Origin: Lama glama
Taxonomy: Eukaryota
DNA length: 64,000 nucleotides
Assembly: GCA_028534125.1 (NCBI GenBank)
Contig: CM052818.1
Span: 20,152,001 to 20,216,000, forward strand
Direction: 5' to 3'
This document shows positions 26,671-38,159 of this stretch, in pieces; the stretch's first letter is position 1; the number at the start of each line of letters is the position of its first letter. The translations under genes were made by a program, and so were the position numbers. The notes below the pieces were generated by a model, which saw nothing but the letters and a program-made list of their open reading frames with translations, had not been told where the DNA came from and did no database searches.

Positions 26671-27239
26671 AGGAAAGGGATTTGTGTCACAAGTGAGGAG
26701 GAGAACAGCCGCTGTAAGATTGCCTAAGAGAAGTGGCCACGTCAGAAGGGTCATGTGGAGGAGGGGGAATGGTAATTATTTGAGGAGAAAAGAATTTATT
26801 TTGTAATTCTACATGCATACTGGCAGGCTTCCTTTTTTCTTTCTTTTTTAAAACTACATCTTCCCAACTCTTTGCTTGATTTGAAGCATTTAAGATCGGG
26901 ATTTAGAAGTAATGACTTAAGAGGAAACTCACTCTCATCACAAAGAATGGTTCTTTAAAAAGCTGATCCTGTTGGAGTCCTGCTCCTGTGGGAGCCCTGA
27001 GGCTCAGGTGTCCTGGCCTTGTCTGTACAAGTTTTGGGGCTAGAATCTTCAAGGAGAGCCATTCCTGAAAGTTTCAGAAACTCCAGAATGGGATGAGGGA
27101 AAGTCTGGAATAAGGAGAGATAATGGGGGGAAAAAAAAGGCCTAGATGATCTTGGAGTGGGGACGATGACCCTCAGGGAAAAAAACTACAATATATTCCC
27201 CCAACAGTAAATCAATACATTTCAGCAGTCCTCAGTATT

Positions 27240-27420
27240 GTTCAAAACCTTCTGCATATTCTTATTCTCTCATCACAACATCCTGTGAAGTAGGCAAGGC
27301 AGAAACAATTATCTCCAATTGATCAATGAGGCTTCTGAGGGCTCAGCTGGGTTAAGTACCTCACCCAGCCTTGCAGAGTGAGTCAGTGGTGAAGCTGAGA
27401 CCAGCACTGGGATTTTCTTT
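27240..27420 (-). mobile_element. MIR SINE
   Basis: catcacaacatcctgtgaagtaggcaaggcag...gggttaagtacctcacccag. Confidence 0.55.
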
Positions 27421-28005
27421 CTCTTCCACCAGTATCAAGGGCGTTATCCTATTATGATGCTGTCATATTAGGCAAGTAGCTGTGTCTCCTAATTAGATTC
27501 ATCTTAGCCAATTAAGTGTCATAATCTTCTGTGAGGAGGTGAGGTGTTGCTCTTGCCCCAGCCGGCTTTGATCTGTGATTGGTTGGCCAAGATGCTGGAC
27601 ATCAGGGTGATAGGTTGGCTCCCAATAGCCCATAGGCTTCTGAGCAAAATATATTGTTACAGGTAGTCATTAGGGATGTTGGTGTGGCTGAGATTCCTAA
27701 AATGTTAGTTGAGTGCCTGTTGTCAAGGCCATGTGCCCTTATTTCTTTGGAAATAACATAAAGATAGATGACCATGGTCTGTGTTCTTGTGAAAGCCCCT
27801 CATTTGGTGAGGACAAGGCCCAGAGAGGGAGCCTAGTCTGAAGGAGGAGGCTCAGCCCCCACCTTCAGTGAGCCATCCGTCTGGGAGGAGGCCAAGGTTA
27901 TGCTGTTAGGAGCTTCCTGGCTTAGCTGGCTGTGTTAGCAACCCCACCTGCTCTGAAGGTTTCCGGGGGCTTCTGGTCCAGAACCCTCTCCTTCCCCGTA
28001 TATAG

Positions 28006-28052
28006 CTTGGTGTGCAAATTCTCCATCCTCAAGGCTTTCCTGGTCAATGCCG
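28006..28052 (+). other. Candidate 47-nt exon, or short first exon behind a TATA box
   Basis: Pyrimidine tract plus TAG (ccctctccttccccgtatatag) before it, and a consensus donor CCG|GTAAGT at 28053. All three frames are open. No partner exons or product identified. Confidence 0.25.
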
Positions 28053-28089
28053 GTAAGTATAACAACTGGGGCATGCATCCTTGGCGTGG

Positions 28090-28295
28090 GGAGACCCGTT
28101 AAAGCAGAAGGAAACCACTCAGCAGCACCAACTGCTGCTGTGTTGAAAATATGGGCTTAGTGAGACCAGACTTGATCATTTTCTAAAAGAAACAGGGAAT
28201 AAAATTTTAAGTGAAATTCCTCAGTATTTAGGGACTGGCTCAAAAATTTTTAAACATTGTAAAATTCACACAGTACATTTCTATGGGCTAGTTTC
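28090..28295. mobile_element. Old hAT-Charlie MITE (MER102-like)
   Basis: gaaaatatgggc...ccagacttgatcattttctaaaagaaacagggaat...gtgaaattcctc...aaacattgt resembles a recalled consensus. Confidence 0.4.
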
Positions 28296-28437
28296 AATGA
28301 TTTCTTCCCTAACTTTATTACATTGAGACATTTTAAATCCAGGAAAGTTGAAAGAAGGGTAAGATGAACACCCAAATTCCAACTTCACCTAGACCCACCT
28401 GTTAGCATTTTACCACATTTACTTTTTTTCTCTCTCT

Positions 28438-28800
28438 CATTTGCAACATGGATGGACCTGGAGATTGTCATTCTAAGCGAAGTAAGCCAGAAAGAGAAAG
28501 AAAAATACCATATGATATCACTTACATGTAGAATCTAAAAAAAAAAAAAGACAAATGAACTTATTTACAGAACAGCGACAGACTCACAGAAAACAAACTT
28601 AAGGTTACTAAAGAGGGCAGCAGGGGAAGTGATAAATTGGGAGTTTGAGATTTGCAGATATCAACTAATATATATATATATATACAAACAGTAAGTTCAT
28701 ACTGTATAGCATAGGGAACTATATTCAATATCTTGTAGTGACTTATGGTGAAAAAGAATATGAAAACAAATATATGTATGTTCATGTAAGACTGAAGCAT
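28438..28800 (+). mobile_element. Young L1 ORF2 end/3' UTR lacking its terminal tail
   Basis: catttgcaacatggatggacctggagattgtcattctaagcgaagtaagccagaaagagaaag... stops at agactgaagcat. Confidence 0.85.
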
Positions 28801-29083
28801 TTCTCTTTCTCCACACACACTTTCTTTTTCACTAAATATTTGAGAGTAAGTTGCAAATATATGATCCTACATCCCTAAAAACTTCAGCATATATCTCCTG
28901 AGAACAGGATAGATGCCTTACATAACCATATTATCATCACATTCAAGGAATTACACATGATAGATTATTATCTAACATATGGTCCATATTCAAACTTCCT
29001 CAAGTGTCAGAATTTCCTTTGTGGCCTTTTCTTTCTTTAATCCATGATCTAATCCACACTCACACACATCTTTAGTATCCTTT

Positions 29084-29194
29084 TTTAATATGTTTTTCTT
29101 TTAGATATATACTTTTAATGGAGGTACTGGGGAATAAACCCAGGACCTTGCGCATGCTAAGCACGTGCTCTACCATTGAACTCTACCCTCCCCC
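29084..29194 (-). mobile_element. vic-1-type SINE
   Basis: atggaggtactggggaataaacccaggaccttgcgcatgctaagcacgtgctctaccattgaactctaccctcccc. TSD tctt(t/a)agtatccttt at 29069-29083 and 29195-29209. Confidence 0.9.
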
Positions 29195-30119
29195 TCTTAA
29201 GTATCCTTTATTCAACAGGTCCCCTGTCTTTGTCCATGACTTGAGAGTGCAGAGGAGCCCCAGGCCAATTGTTTGGAGACTGTCTCTGAGGGTGTCTGAT
29301 TACGTACTCTCATGAAGGTCAAGTATTTGGGTCAAGAATACTACATCAATGACACTGTGTCCTTCCCAGTAGGTCACATCAGGAAGCACAGGATGTGAAT
29401 ATGTCCTATTCTTGGCGATGCCAAGCTTGACCATGTAGTTAAGGTGGTTTCAACAAGGTTTCTCCATTGTAAGTTTACTTTTTTCCCCTCATAACTAATA
29501 AGTAATCTGTGGAGTGATATTTTGAGGCTGCCATCTTTGGGTTATTTAGCACCTTTGCAGGTATTTGGGGAACACAAAAACAGACAATGGTATAGCAGTA
29601 ACCAGATGCCTGGGTTCTCAAACATTAATCTGAGGCCAGCTGCACTGGAACTTCTGGGGGCCTCTGCAAGCTGCTGGCCTCTGGACCAGAGGGCTGTGTG
29701 TCACCATTGGAACCGGGGGCTGTGTTTTTCACAGAAAGCAGAGCACTGTCAGTCCAAAGCTTGTATGCAAACTAGCACAGACTTAAACCTGAACACAGCT
29801 ACTTCGGGAAGACCCCAGCTACTTCCTCCCATTTGGCCTCCGTTTCCTCATCTGTACAGTAGTTTGTATTACAGTATTTCCCAAAGTCCATCTCAGCTGT
29901 GATATTTTTACTTTTTTAATTATTGAGCGTTCTCTGGGTGCCATGTGTTTTCCCATATTGTATCTCATTTAATTCTCCGAGAGCTCAGTTTTCGTGTGTG
30001 AGGATTCTGAGGTTGAAGAAGGCTAAGTAAGCTCCCTACACAAGCCCAGTCAGTAGGGGAGCCGGGGTTTGAACCGTGGTATTCCTGAGTACAGGAGAGT
30101 GTGCTTTAATCCACACAGG

Positions 30120-30830
30120 CAGGAAGCAGATCAGTGGCTATAGGGGCTGACAGGAGGGGGCGATGGGGAGTGACTGCACCATGGGGACAGGGTGATGAGA
30201 ATATTCTGTAATTAGATAGTGGTGATGGCTGCCCAACTTTGTGCATGTACTAAAAGCCGCTGAATTCCATACTCTAAGCTGATTAAAATGGTGACTTTTT
30301 ATGTGATAAAAGTCTTCAAAAACTGAAGGAAAAAAAGGAAAAGAAAAAAAAAGTATGCTATTTCTCTATACCACGTCGACTTTCTAGTCAAAAATAAAAC
30401 TGAAAATTAATCAGAAATGTGGGCAGACTTGTGGACGGATGCTAGTCTCATTATTCTTCATTAAAATGAAAACTTGGAAATAACCTAAATATCCAACAAT
30501 AGGAAATTAGTTAAATAAATTGTGAGATAGCCAATGAGGAAATGTTATGGAGCCATTCCAAATTATGCCTTAAAAGAACTTTCGGTGACACAGAAATATG
30601 CTCATGATATAATGTTAAAGGAAAGAGAACAGGATGCAACATTACATATAATTATATACAGGGCACGTGTGTGTGCTTAAAAAAGAGGTCTACATGGAAA
30701 TATGCCAAATTCTTAACATTGGCTATCTCTGGGTTCTGGATTTATGGGTGTTTGTTTTCTTTCTATACTTTACGGCACAGTGCAAGTTTTCTCTAGTAAG
30801 CATTTGTTACTTTTATAATTAAAAAGAAGT
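30120..30830 (+). mobile_element. Old L1 3' ends (L1MB-like then L1ME-like)
   Basis: aattagatagtggtgatggctgcccaactttgtg..., then aacctaaatatccaacaataggaaattagttaaataaattgtg. Confidence 0.6.
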
Positions 30831-31416
30831 ACAGTCAAAGTTATTATAACAAATTTAGCCAAGTTTTCCCTGTACTCTCTCTGGCTCTGGGCATAGTTCC
30901 CAGGACCTCTCTTCTCCCCTCACCCTGCCCAGATAAATAACAAGCAGATAAATATTTCAAAAGGTCCTGATCTCAGATGCTGCCCAATTCCAGCAGCAAA
31001 TTAAAGGGACACTGCCCCGCTCCCAGGCCCAGAGCTAGTTAGGGCCCTGGAATGCCCTACTTTTCTGGTTGGAAGGCCTGGAGCGCCTCTCAGGAATCTA
31101 GACGGGCGTTCTGGGAGGCAGCCATTATCCCGAGCAGTAGAAAGAGGCGTGGATGCAGAAGGCCCCCACGCCCCTCCTCACGTTCAAGGCAAGGGATGTC
31201 CTGTCTGAAGGCTGACACATGACTGTTATCAGTCATTGACACTTCAGTGTGACTTAGCTTGTCCGTTTCCTGAGACTGGGTGGATAATAAGAAGACATAC
31301 CCCCAAGAAAAATGACAAAATCCAAGTTAAATTTCTTTAGCTCCTTGGACACTGACTCTGAGAAGAGACTTTTATAAATACACAAATTTAGCAAAGATTA
31401 AGGTCATCTCAGGTTT

Positions 31417-31584
31417 AGAGATGCTCAGCCCTTGCTGCACACAGAAACAGCTGGGAAGCTTTTAAAAAAGACCAACGCCCAGTACCGCCCCCAGAGATTC
31501 TGATATGATTGGTCTCAGGTGGGACTGGATCGTCGGGATTTTCTTAAACTCCCCTAAGGCTCCAGCCACGCTTGAGAAGCACTG
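31417..31584. mobile_element. MER5-type hAT-Charlie MITE
   Basis: ctcagcccttgctgcacacagaaacagctgggaagcttttaaaaa...ccccagagattctgatatgattggtct...ttgagaagcactg. Confidence 0.7.
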
Positions 31585-31684
31585 GATATTTTCTTTCAAT
31601 CGCTCTTTTCTGTTAAAAATAAAGTAATTCAGAGTGCTGCTAGTAAAAGCATGCATAAGCACCTGACAATAAATGATTTCTTTT

Positions 31685-31809
31685 CTCTTTTTTTTTCTCT
31701 TTTGTGTTTATTTATTTATTTACTTATTTTTTGATGGAGGTACTGGGCATTGAACCCAGAACCTCGTGCATGCTAAGCACATGCTCTACCACTGAGCAAT
31801 ACATTCCCC
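31685..31809 (-). mobile_element. vic-1-type SINE
   Basis: gatggaggtactgggcattgaacccagaacctcgtgcatgctaagcacatgctctaccactgagcaatacattcccc, preceded by a T-rich tail. Confidence 0.9.
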
Positions 31810-33079
31810 ATGAGTTCCTTCTTTTCTGAGGAATAACTCAAGATGGGGGGGGGGACCTATCTCACAGTTGGGCATGATTAGGATTCAGAGGCTGAGACCC
31901 AGTCATCCTGCTGTTAGGAAGAAAGCCAAAGGATGTGATCAGAGATGCAAAGAAAGATCCATTTGAAAAGATGTTATCTATAACAGAAACATTTGAGGCA
32001 ACACTATCATTTGTTGGTTCTGATTCCCTGAAACCTGGTACATGTTGAGGCTGGTCAAGAAATCAAGCAGGCAAATAATTTTAAACAGAATACTGAATTT
32101 TTATACTTGGCATGAGGATGGGTCTGTTGTCTATATGTTAGGGCCTTGGGTTTGCAGACAGAGACATGTTTAGGCTTTTCAAACAACCTAACAGGAAACA
32201 ACCTCAAATGGACTGCACAGCCAAGTCTCAGGGAGCCTGAACCATCCACTGGAAAATATTTTATTGTTTAGGATACAACACAGCTGGAGTGACATGGTCA
32301 TTTAGCTATCTCCTTAGCAAGGATGCTGACACTCCTTCTGTCAAAGTCCATCATCAAGGTGACTGGGCCACTCTCTGTCCTCTGGCTATACTGACTTTGT
32401 GAGGCTTTCCAGGGCAGATTCCCAGGAAGGAATCTAATTGGTTCTAATCCTTTTCTAACTCATTAATTCAACAAATATTTATTAAACACCTACTATATAT
32501 CAGGCTCTTTCTATGCACCAGAGATACAGCAGTAGGCAAAATACACAAAGTCCCTGTATTCATGATGCTTACATATTAATGGAGAAAGACATAAAAATTA
32601 CACACACATGTGTCTATGTATCAAACGTCAGGTAGTGCTACACGCAGAGAAGAGTAAAGCACCATGAAGGGAGAGAGAGTGAGAGGAACTGCCATGTTTA
32701 ATGGAGTGCTAAGGGAGGACTTCTCTGACAAGGTGAACTTCAAGGTGAGATCTGGAGACAGCAAGGGAGTGAACCATGAAGACAGCTGGGGAAGAGCTTT
32801 CTGGGCAGCGGGAAGGGTAGGTATAATACAAAGTCACGGGGCTGGGGAGGCAGGGAATTGTGCTTGCTGTATCGAAGGAAGAGCAAAGAGGCCACTGAGG
32901 CTGGAGCACAGTGAGGGGGCAAAGAAGAGGCTGAGGGATGAAGCTGGACCGTCCTGGGTGGCCTTGTGGGCCACTGCAGGGGCTTTGCCCATGCCACATG
33001 CCCCACCCCCCAAGGTGAGGTGGAAACCCCTGGACATTTTACAGCACAGATGTGATTTACTTTTCTCCTCAGATTAAGA

Positions 33080-33247
33080 GACTATTTTTCAGAGCGGTTT
33101 TAGGTTTATAGGAAAATAGATGGCCAATTACAGAGTGACTATATACCCCTTCCCCAAGTTTCCTTATTGTTTACAGCTTATATTAGTGTGACACTTTTGT
33201 GACAATCAATATACCAATATTGATACATTATTGTTAACTCCAGTCCA
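33080..33247 (-). mobile_element. L1MC1-like 3' end (continues 34628-34650)
   Basis: tttcagagcggttttaggtttataggaaaat...ccaatattgatacattattgttaact. Confidence 0.6.
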
Positions 33248-34615
33248 GAAAAGACAGCCTCTTCAGCAAGTGGCGTTGGGAAAGCTGGACAGCTACATGT
33301 AAATCAATGAAGTTAAATACTCCCTTACACCATACACAAAAATAAACTCAGAATGGCTTAAAGTCACAAACATAAGACAAGACACTATAAACCTCCTAGA
33401 AGAAAACATAGGCAAAACATTCTCCAAAATAAATCTCAGCAATGTTCTCCTACGGCAGTCTAACCAGGCAATAGAAATATAGGCAAAAATAAATAAATGG
33501 GACCTAGTTAAACTTATAAGTTTTCACACAGTAAAGGAAACTATAAACGAAATGAAAAAACAACCTATGGAGTGGGAGAAAATATTTGCAAACGACTTGA
33601 CTGACAAGGGCTTAATTTCCAGAATATACAAACCGCTCATACAACTTAATAACAAAAAAATGAACAACCCAACCCAAAAATGGGCAGAAGACCTAAACAA
33701 GCAATTCTCCAATAAAGACATACAAATGGCCAATAGGCACATGAAAAATGCTCAGTATTGCTCACTATTAGAGAAATGCAAATCAAAACTACAATGAGGT
33801 ATCACCTCATACCAGTCAGAATGTCCATCATTCAAAAGTCCACAAATGATAAATGCTTAAGAGGTTGTGGAGAAAAGGGAACCCTCCTACACTGTTGGTG
33901 AAAATGTAGTTTGGTGCAGCCATTATGGAAAATGGTATGGAGATTCCTTAAAAAACTAAAAACAGACTAAGCCTATGATCCAACAATCCCACTCCTGGGC
34001 ATATATCTGGAGGAAACTGTAGTTTGAAAAAATATATGCACCTCAGTGTTCACAGCAGCACTATTTACAATAACCAAGACTTGGAAGCAAAACCTAAATG
34101 TCCAACAACAGATGACTGTATAAGGAACCTGTGGTATATACACACAATGTAATACTACTCAGCCATAAAAAGAATACAATAATGCCATTTGCAGCAGCAA
34201 CATGGATGGACCTGGATATCATCATTCTAAGTGAAGCCAGAAAAAGAAAGAAAAATACCATATGATGCACTTGTATGTGGAATCTAAGGGAAAATGAGAC
34301 AAATGAACTTATTTACAAAACAGAAACAGACTCACAGAAAACAAACTTGTGGTTACCAGAAGGGAAAGAAGAGGGCAGAGGGATAAATTGGGAGGTCAGG
34401 ATTTGCAGATACTAACTACTATATATAAAATAGATAAACAGCAAAGTCTTACTGTATAGCACAGGGAACTATATTCAAAACTTTGTAATAGCCTATATGA
34501 AAAAAATATGAAAAGGAATATATATATATATAAAAAACTGAATCAATATGCTGTCCACCAGAAATTAATACAACATTGTAAATCAACTATACTTCAATAC
34601 ATTAAAAAAACCCAA
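33248..34615 (+). mobile_element. Camelid L1, 5'-truncated (ORF2 C-terminal region plus 3' UTR, disrupted)
   Basis: [30 protein letters not shown]...[11 protein letters not shown] is L1 ORF2. The 3' UTR is complete. Imperfect TSD aactccagtcca (33236-33247)/aactcccatcca (34616-34627). Confidence 0.9.
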
Positions 34616-36409
34616 AACTCCCATCCACAATTTATAGTAGGGCTCCACTATTCCCATTTTGACAAATGTAAAACATGATCTACTTTTATGATCTGAAAGG
34701 ATCTCTCTGGCTGCTGTGAGTGGAGGATGGGGACAGGGACAGGGACAGGGCTGGGGCAAGGCGAGCAGTGGGGAGGCTGCTGCAGGTCCCTGAGGGACTT
34801 GGGCCGGGATGGTGGCCGGAGAGAAGGTACTAAGTGGTCAGGTGGAGCTGCTGAGAGTCGCTGATGGAGTACAGGCACAGGAGGAGAGGGAGAGAAGAAT
34901 CAGAGATGACTGCCTGGTTTTACCTTGAGTGATTGGAGAATAAGGATGCTAAGATAGAGAAATACTCGGGAAGGAGGTGGGGAATGTTAAGAATTCAGTT
35001 TGGAACATATTTAGTTTGAGATGCCCTCCTGTATTTGATCCACACACGGTGGTGTGACAGGCATCACTGGGGCTCAAGTCAGTCATCATCCATTGTCAGG
35101 AAGCTTCAATCCAGGCAGAAGGGCCAACCCAGGGCTAGAAAAGCCTGAGAGAGCCATCAGATTAACACCCCACTTGACACACGGGAGCTCTGAGGCCAGA
35201 CAGAGAGTAGAATGGCAGCCTGCCCCGCACTTTGGTTCCCACTGGCCTCTCTCCTACACAATTCTCCTCACTTTGACTGTGGAGTTTCCCAGAGCTGTGA
35301 TAGCAGTGGTGGTGAGACCTTGGCCATTTTTTGGTCCCTTGGGCCCTGTCACTATCTCAGGCCTTGAGTCCCACTCTAGGGAGATTCTCTCCCTCACAGG
35401 GAACCAGCCTCCTTGGCGCTCTGCCCTGGCTGCAGTCTGGCCCCCGGTGTTACTTCCAACCACCCTCTCCTTTCTAGCTCTTCCAGCTTGCTTCCCAGGA
35501 CTCTGGGAACACAGGACCTGCCTTGTGCCCTGAGGCTCTCCTGTCCCAGCAAAGAGCAGCTGCTTTTTCTCTTGGGGGAAATCAGCACTCAAAAGGGAAT
35601 AGCTCAGAAAGGGCATCCTTTCTAACAAGGGCATTTTTGGAGAGCTCCCAAGGCTCCTGGGGCCAGAGGGGCTTCCCCGTAGGCTTGGGTACTCTCGCCA
35701 GCCGCACACCTGGCACATCCAGCCCTCCTTTCCAGCTACCTGGCCATCCTTTCTCAGCTCCATCTCTCTCCCCTCTCTCAGTCTTTCCCTGGCACACCAC
35801 CCATCAAACTAACTGAGTCACTCGGAAAATGTGAGAAATCACTTAATAAAGAACTGCCCTGGGGAAAGGGACAGGTAAAAGGTTTTAAACAAATGATTTC
35901 ATCTTACGCTTAATTTAATAAGAACTATGACCACAGTATCTCCGCAAGTAAGGAAGACAGATGGCAGATAAGTGGACAGGCTGAGCAAGCTGTCAGCACC
36001 GGGGCGTGCGATCTTCATGAGCCCAAGTTTCCCTCTCCAGATGCAAACGAGGCCAGGCCAGGGAAAGTGGGTCTCTGCCTTGCCCTGCCAAGAGAAGGAG
36101 GGGCTGGGTATCAGGCCAACCTGATGCCAGTCTCAGATCTGTGTGACTTTGGGTAAATCACTTAGCCTCTCTGAGTTACATCTGGGAAATGGGGGCAACA
36201 ATACGTATTTAACTCAATCCATTCTACATATGTAAATATATACATTCCCAGTGACAGGCCCCATGTTAAATCTGGGGGCAACTCAGTGAGGACTGGTATT
36301 ACATCAGGAACAGCACAGGCTGAGGTGGAGTGGCTAGACCACCGTGGTAGGGCAGGGGCCAGTCCACAGAGGGGCCAATCATCCTTCACCATCAAGAGCA
36401 AAGGGGTGC

Positions 36410-36551
36410 TGGGGAGGAGGGTACAGTTCAGCCGTAGAGTGCCTGCTTAGCATGAAGTCCTGGGTTCAATCCCCAGTACCTCCACTAAGAAATAAATGAA
36501 TAAAATAAATAAACCTAATCACCTACCCAAACTCAATTTTTTTTTTTAATA
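36410..36551 (+). mobile_element. vic-1-type SINE with extended tail
   Basis: ggggaggagggtacagttcagccgtagagtgcctgcttagcatg...tcctgggttcaatccccagtacctcca. Perfect 16-bp TSD aagagcaaaggggtgc at 36394-36409 and 36552-36567. Confidence 0.92.
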
Positions 36552-37716
36552 AAGAGCAAAGGGGTGCCTTTGGCCTTTGATGACATTGTGGTCAGGAATC
36601 CCAGAAAGTCAGAAACCTTCTCTGTTTATTATTTCTTCACTTTTCCTCTCAGCCCCAGGAAGTTCCCACTGGAAGGAAGAGGAGCCAAACAGGAATCAAA
36701 ATGACAATTATTAGCTGCACCAGAGCACATCTGGAACAAAAGCTGGGTTGAAGCCTCAAGCTTAGATTCTAAACTGAAAAAGACTTCTTGCTTCCCCCAA
36801 GGCCCAAATCCAAAGTGAGTAAGCTCACCAACTTCTGTCTTCTAGGGCTGCATGAAGGAAGTCAAGGACAGAGTGGAGTACATGGGCCAGGCTTGTGGAG
36901 TGAGACACTGCCTAGTCCACTAAGTCAACCTACCTGCCCCACGGGACGGTGAGAGACAAGCGGGTACAATGACCCACGACTGCACACACCTCCGCCCACT
37001 CCTCCACGCGGCCAAACCAGCATTTCTCTATTTTAGGTACTCAGGTTAGCAACTCTCCCCAGAAGAGAGCTAGGAAGAGGGTAGGAGCAGAGGTTGTAAT
37101 AAATTCTCCTTTCTCAATGAGTCAAGTTAGGAGTCCAGAAGCCCAATGGGAAAAACTGACTGCTCTTCAGGCCGTGAGGGGACAAAGCCAGATGTGCATC
37201 CCTGAGGAGCACCACTGCTGGCTTTCTTCCTTCAAGATCCACCCAGAAGGAACTGTGAGATAGAAAACTGGGAGAACCCCCTGGGATGGTAGGAGCTATT
37301 TTTATTTGTTGTGTCTGGTGGTGACTTTGGCCTGAGGCTACAAGCACTCGGCTTCTAGCACTCCCTGGGAGGATCAAACAGAAGGGGACTGTTGACAGTC
37401 TGCTCTTGCGTCTCTACCACTGTTTCCTTGGGTCAGACGGGGCCTGTCCCTGTCCTGGTGCCTCAGAGGTGAAATCAGGGCAGGGCAGGAGCCATGTGCT
37501 TGAGAGGAGCTGACAAAACCAGGTGGGGACCAGCTGGCCTCCTTTCTTGTCCCCTCTCCTCTTCCAATCCCCAGAGCTGGTGAATTACTTTCCAAGCAGT
37601 GTCTCCTCCTAATGCACTTTTCTCTCTGGGGCTGGATGGGAGGGTAAAGAGCAGACTTGGCCTGAGAGTTGTTTTATAAAGTGAGCAGTGATCGACTGTG
37701 TTTGATGGGATGGGGA

Positions 37717-37965
37717 TGGACCTGGATTATGACTTTAGGGGGTCCTGGGCACCCTTCCTTCATCAAATATAATAAAAATGACTTGATGACCACCTTAATA
37801 TAAAGATCAATATAATCCAGGCTAGATTCATTATTACATATTCATTATTATTATATTCATTTTTTCTTATATTAAGGGAAATTAGAAATCACACATTTTT
37901 ATGTAGGCCCTTAAAAGTATCACGGACCCTCAGCACTAGGCCTGCTTTGGCTAATTGATAGGGAA
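37717..37965. mobile_element. ORSL-like hAT-Tip100 MITE
   Basis: ataaagatcaatataatccaggctagattcattatt...ggcccttaaaagtatcacggaccctcagcact matches a recalled ORSL-like consensus. Confidence 0.5.
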
Positions 37966-38159
37966 CTCCAGCTTCCTGGTGCCCAAGGTCCTCTCCACCT
38001 TAAGGTTTATTCACTGGCCATCCCTTTAGCCTTTTGGAATCTTCCTGGACTAGGGTCTGGCCCATCCTTGTAAGTATTGCCTGACATAATAGCCAATACC
38101 CCTAGGAGAAAATGAATCCCAGCCAAAATAGCTGGCATTCGAATCTCATAAAAAAAGGG

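Larger units (their letters stand above)
28310..29520 (-). mobile_element. L1MC-like antisense 3' region hosting a young L1 and a SINE
   Basis: tttgagagtaagttgca...ccctaaaaacttcagcatatatctcctgagaac...atcaggaagcacaggatgt...taagtaatctgtggagtgatattttgag. Confidence 0.6.
32455..35030 (-). mobile_element. L2 LINE split by nested L1 insertions (L2 parts about 32455-33075 and 34675-35030)
   Basis: Starts with the antisense tail ttcaacaaatatttattaaacacctactatat and resumes with gaaaggatctctctggctgctgtg...aattcagtttggaacatatttagtttgagatgcc. Confidence 0.7.

Noticed and set aside
36846..36899. Exon-like segment GCMKEVKDRVEYMGQACG
   Set aside because: Resembles a decayed MIR head, has a weak donor, and has no recognisable product.
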